This document shows positions 63,097 through 64,000 of a DNA stretch of 64,000 bases, one piece after another (position 1 is the stretch's first letter; each line of letters starts with the position of its first letter). Below the pieces are notes generated by a model. The model was given only the letters and a program-made list of their open reading frames with translations. It searched no databases and had not been told where the DNA came from. The stretch is from contig JAEEKG010000108.1 of NCBI GenBank assembly GCA_016282315.1, forward strand, positions 5,535-69,534, in the 5' to 3' direction. Source of the DNA: Clostridiales bacterium (GTDB lineage Bacteria; Bacillota; Clostridia; Oscillospirales; CAG-272). Position numbers and translations under genes: made by a program.

Positions 63097-63537
63097 TCAC
63101 TTTCTATTATCGTATTCTTTGTAAGCATCAACTTTTTTCTGAGAACTGCATCCGGGAACAAATTCATTTGTCAGAAACTCTTTCACAAGAAGTTCTCTGA
63201 CTTTTTGTCCAGTTGTAAAAGCACCAAGACAAGCAATGTTGGCATCATTGCTTAACCTTGCTCTTTGAGCTGAATAGACATCGGATATTAGGGCTGCATA
63301 TGCGCCTTTTACTTTGTTTGCAGAAATACTCATTCCTATTCCGGTACCGCAAATCAGTATTCCCCTGTCAAATTCACCATTTGCAACAGCTTTTGCAACT
63401 GCAAAGGCAACATTAGCATACACTACATCTTCGCTGCCGAAATCCGCGATTTCACCCAGATTGTTCTTTTTGATATATTCAATTATTTCAATCTTTGCCT
63501 GCTGCGCATTTGGATCACAACCGATAGCAATTCTCAT
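63097..63537 (-). CDS. rpiB: Ribose-5-phosphate isomerase B (RpiB/LacAB family)
   Basis: MRIAIGCD..., ILICGTGIGMSISANK, 146 aa. Confidence 0.85.
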   Translation of the reverse strand: MRIAIGCDPNAQQAKIEIIEYIKKNNLGEIADFGSEDVVYANVAFAVAKAVANGEFDRGILICGTGIGMSISANKVKGAYAALISDVYSAQRARLSNDANIACLGAFTTGQKVRELLVKEFLTNEFVPGCSSQKKVDAYKEYDNRK

Positions 63538-63734
63538 TGAAAATGCTCCTTGAAATTAATTATGTGACAAGTATATCACTTTTTTCAGAAAAATATGTGT
63601 ACAAATTGTTACAAATCTTGAGTTTTTTAAAGAAAATGTATATTCAGTGTTTCATCACCCATCTTTTTAATTCTATTGAAAGGAATTGTGACTAATACAG
63701 GTAAAGGTAATCACACGCAGATAATACAAAAATG

Positions 63735-63763
63735 TTGACAAAAATTCGGGGTAGATATATAAA
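63735..63763 (+). promoter_or_regulatory. Sigma-A-type promoter of the GH3 gene
   Basis: TTGACA, 17-nt spacer, TATAAA. Confidence 0.55.
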
Positions 63764-63804
63764 TAATCTTGTAGATTATATATTTAAGAAATGGTGAACA
63801 AGCA

Positions 63805-64000
63805 ATGGAAAAAGCAGGATATGTAAGCAAAGAAAAAGAATACAGAAAAAGAGCCAAAGAACTTGTCAGCAAAATGACTGATGAAGAGAAGATATCTCAG
63901 CTCATATTCAAAGCTAAGGCAATTGACCGACTGGGTATTCCTCAATACAACTGGTGGAACGAAGCTCTGCACGGAGTTGCAAGGGCAGGAGTTGCCACAA
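63805..64000 (+). CDS. GH3 beta-glucosidase/beta-xylosidase, N-terminal 65 codons (3' truncated by window edge)
   Basis: MEKAGYVSKEKEYRKRAKELVSKMTDEEKISQL......LGIPQYNWWNEALHGVARAGVAT. The EEKI.QL and WWNEALHGV blocks are typical of the GH3 N-terminus. Confidence 0.75.
   Translation, partial: MEKAGYVSKEKEYRKRAKELVSKMTDEEKISQLIFKAKAIDRLGIPQYNWWNEALHGVARAGVAT

Noticed and set aside
1-64000. Search for sigma factor, integrase/recombinase, phage structural genes, tRNA/rRNA, CRISPR repeats and cas genes
   Set aside because: None were found by reading the ORF translations and the intergenic regions. The only mobile-element signal is the IS3 tail fragment.

Overview
This 64-kb window is almost fully coding and low in G+C. 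It looks like chromosome from an anaerobic, glycan-degrading Firmicutes/Bacillota-type bacterium: desulfoferrodoxin, an [FeFe]-hydrogenase homologue, GH2/GH3/GH13/GH130 enzymes, lipobox lipoproteins, GGAGG-type RBSs and TTGACA-17-TATAAT promoters. I saw no rRNA, tRNA, CRISPR array, integrase or intact transposase. The only mobile-element trace is a ~60-codon IS3-family transposase C-terminal remnant (4038-4225). Left to right the window holds: (1) a G+C-richer two-component pair at the left edge; (2) a STAS / membrane PP2C / RsbW-like kinase partner-switching operon, plus a second STAS+PP2C pair and a third orphan PP2C paralogue, with no sigma factor nearby; (3) sugar-catabolic genes (TIM-barrel isomerases, Gfo/Idh/MocA, GH2, GH-A, PHP, HpcH aldolase); (4) an HD-GYP + GGDEF tandem; (5) a stand-alone LytTR regulator coupled to a LiaF-like membrane protein, with two pairs of 21-bp-phased direct repeats upstream; (6) a GH13/FGGY kinase/GH130/SGNH/BNR glycan cluster; (7) dfx and an orphan dinJ-like antitoxin with a consensus promoter overlapped by direct repeats; (8) an nrnA-nrnA-surE operon converging on an eight-gene operon; (9) a COG1373-type ATPase, an M6 metalloprotease, a kinase/[FeFe]-hydrogenase-like/NifS operon, a surface beta-helix-like protein, a fused MacB-type ABC protein, rpiB and the start of a GH3 gene. 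The eight-gene operon in (8) encodes an RDD protein, a CUT1-type ABC importer, a lipoprotein staphylococcal-nuclease homologue, a lipoprotein with tandem OB-like repeats, and a multi-TM protein. It is the best candidate for an undescribed system: extracellular nucleic-acid capture, cleavage and uptake, with cytoplasmic finishing by the adjacent NrnA/SurE genes. All functional calls rest on motifs read by eye; no searches were run.
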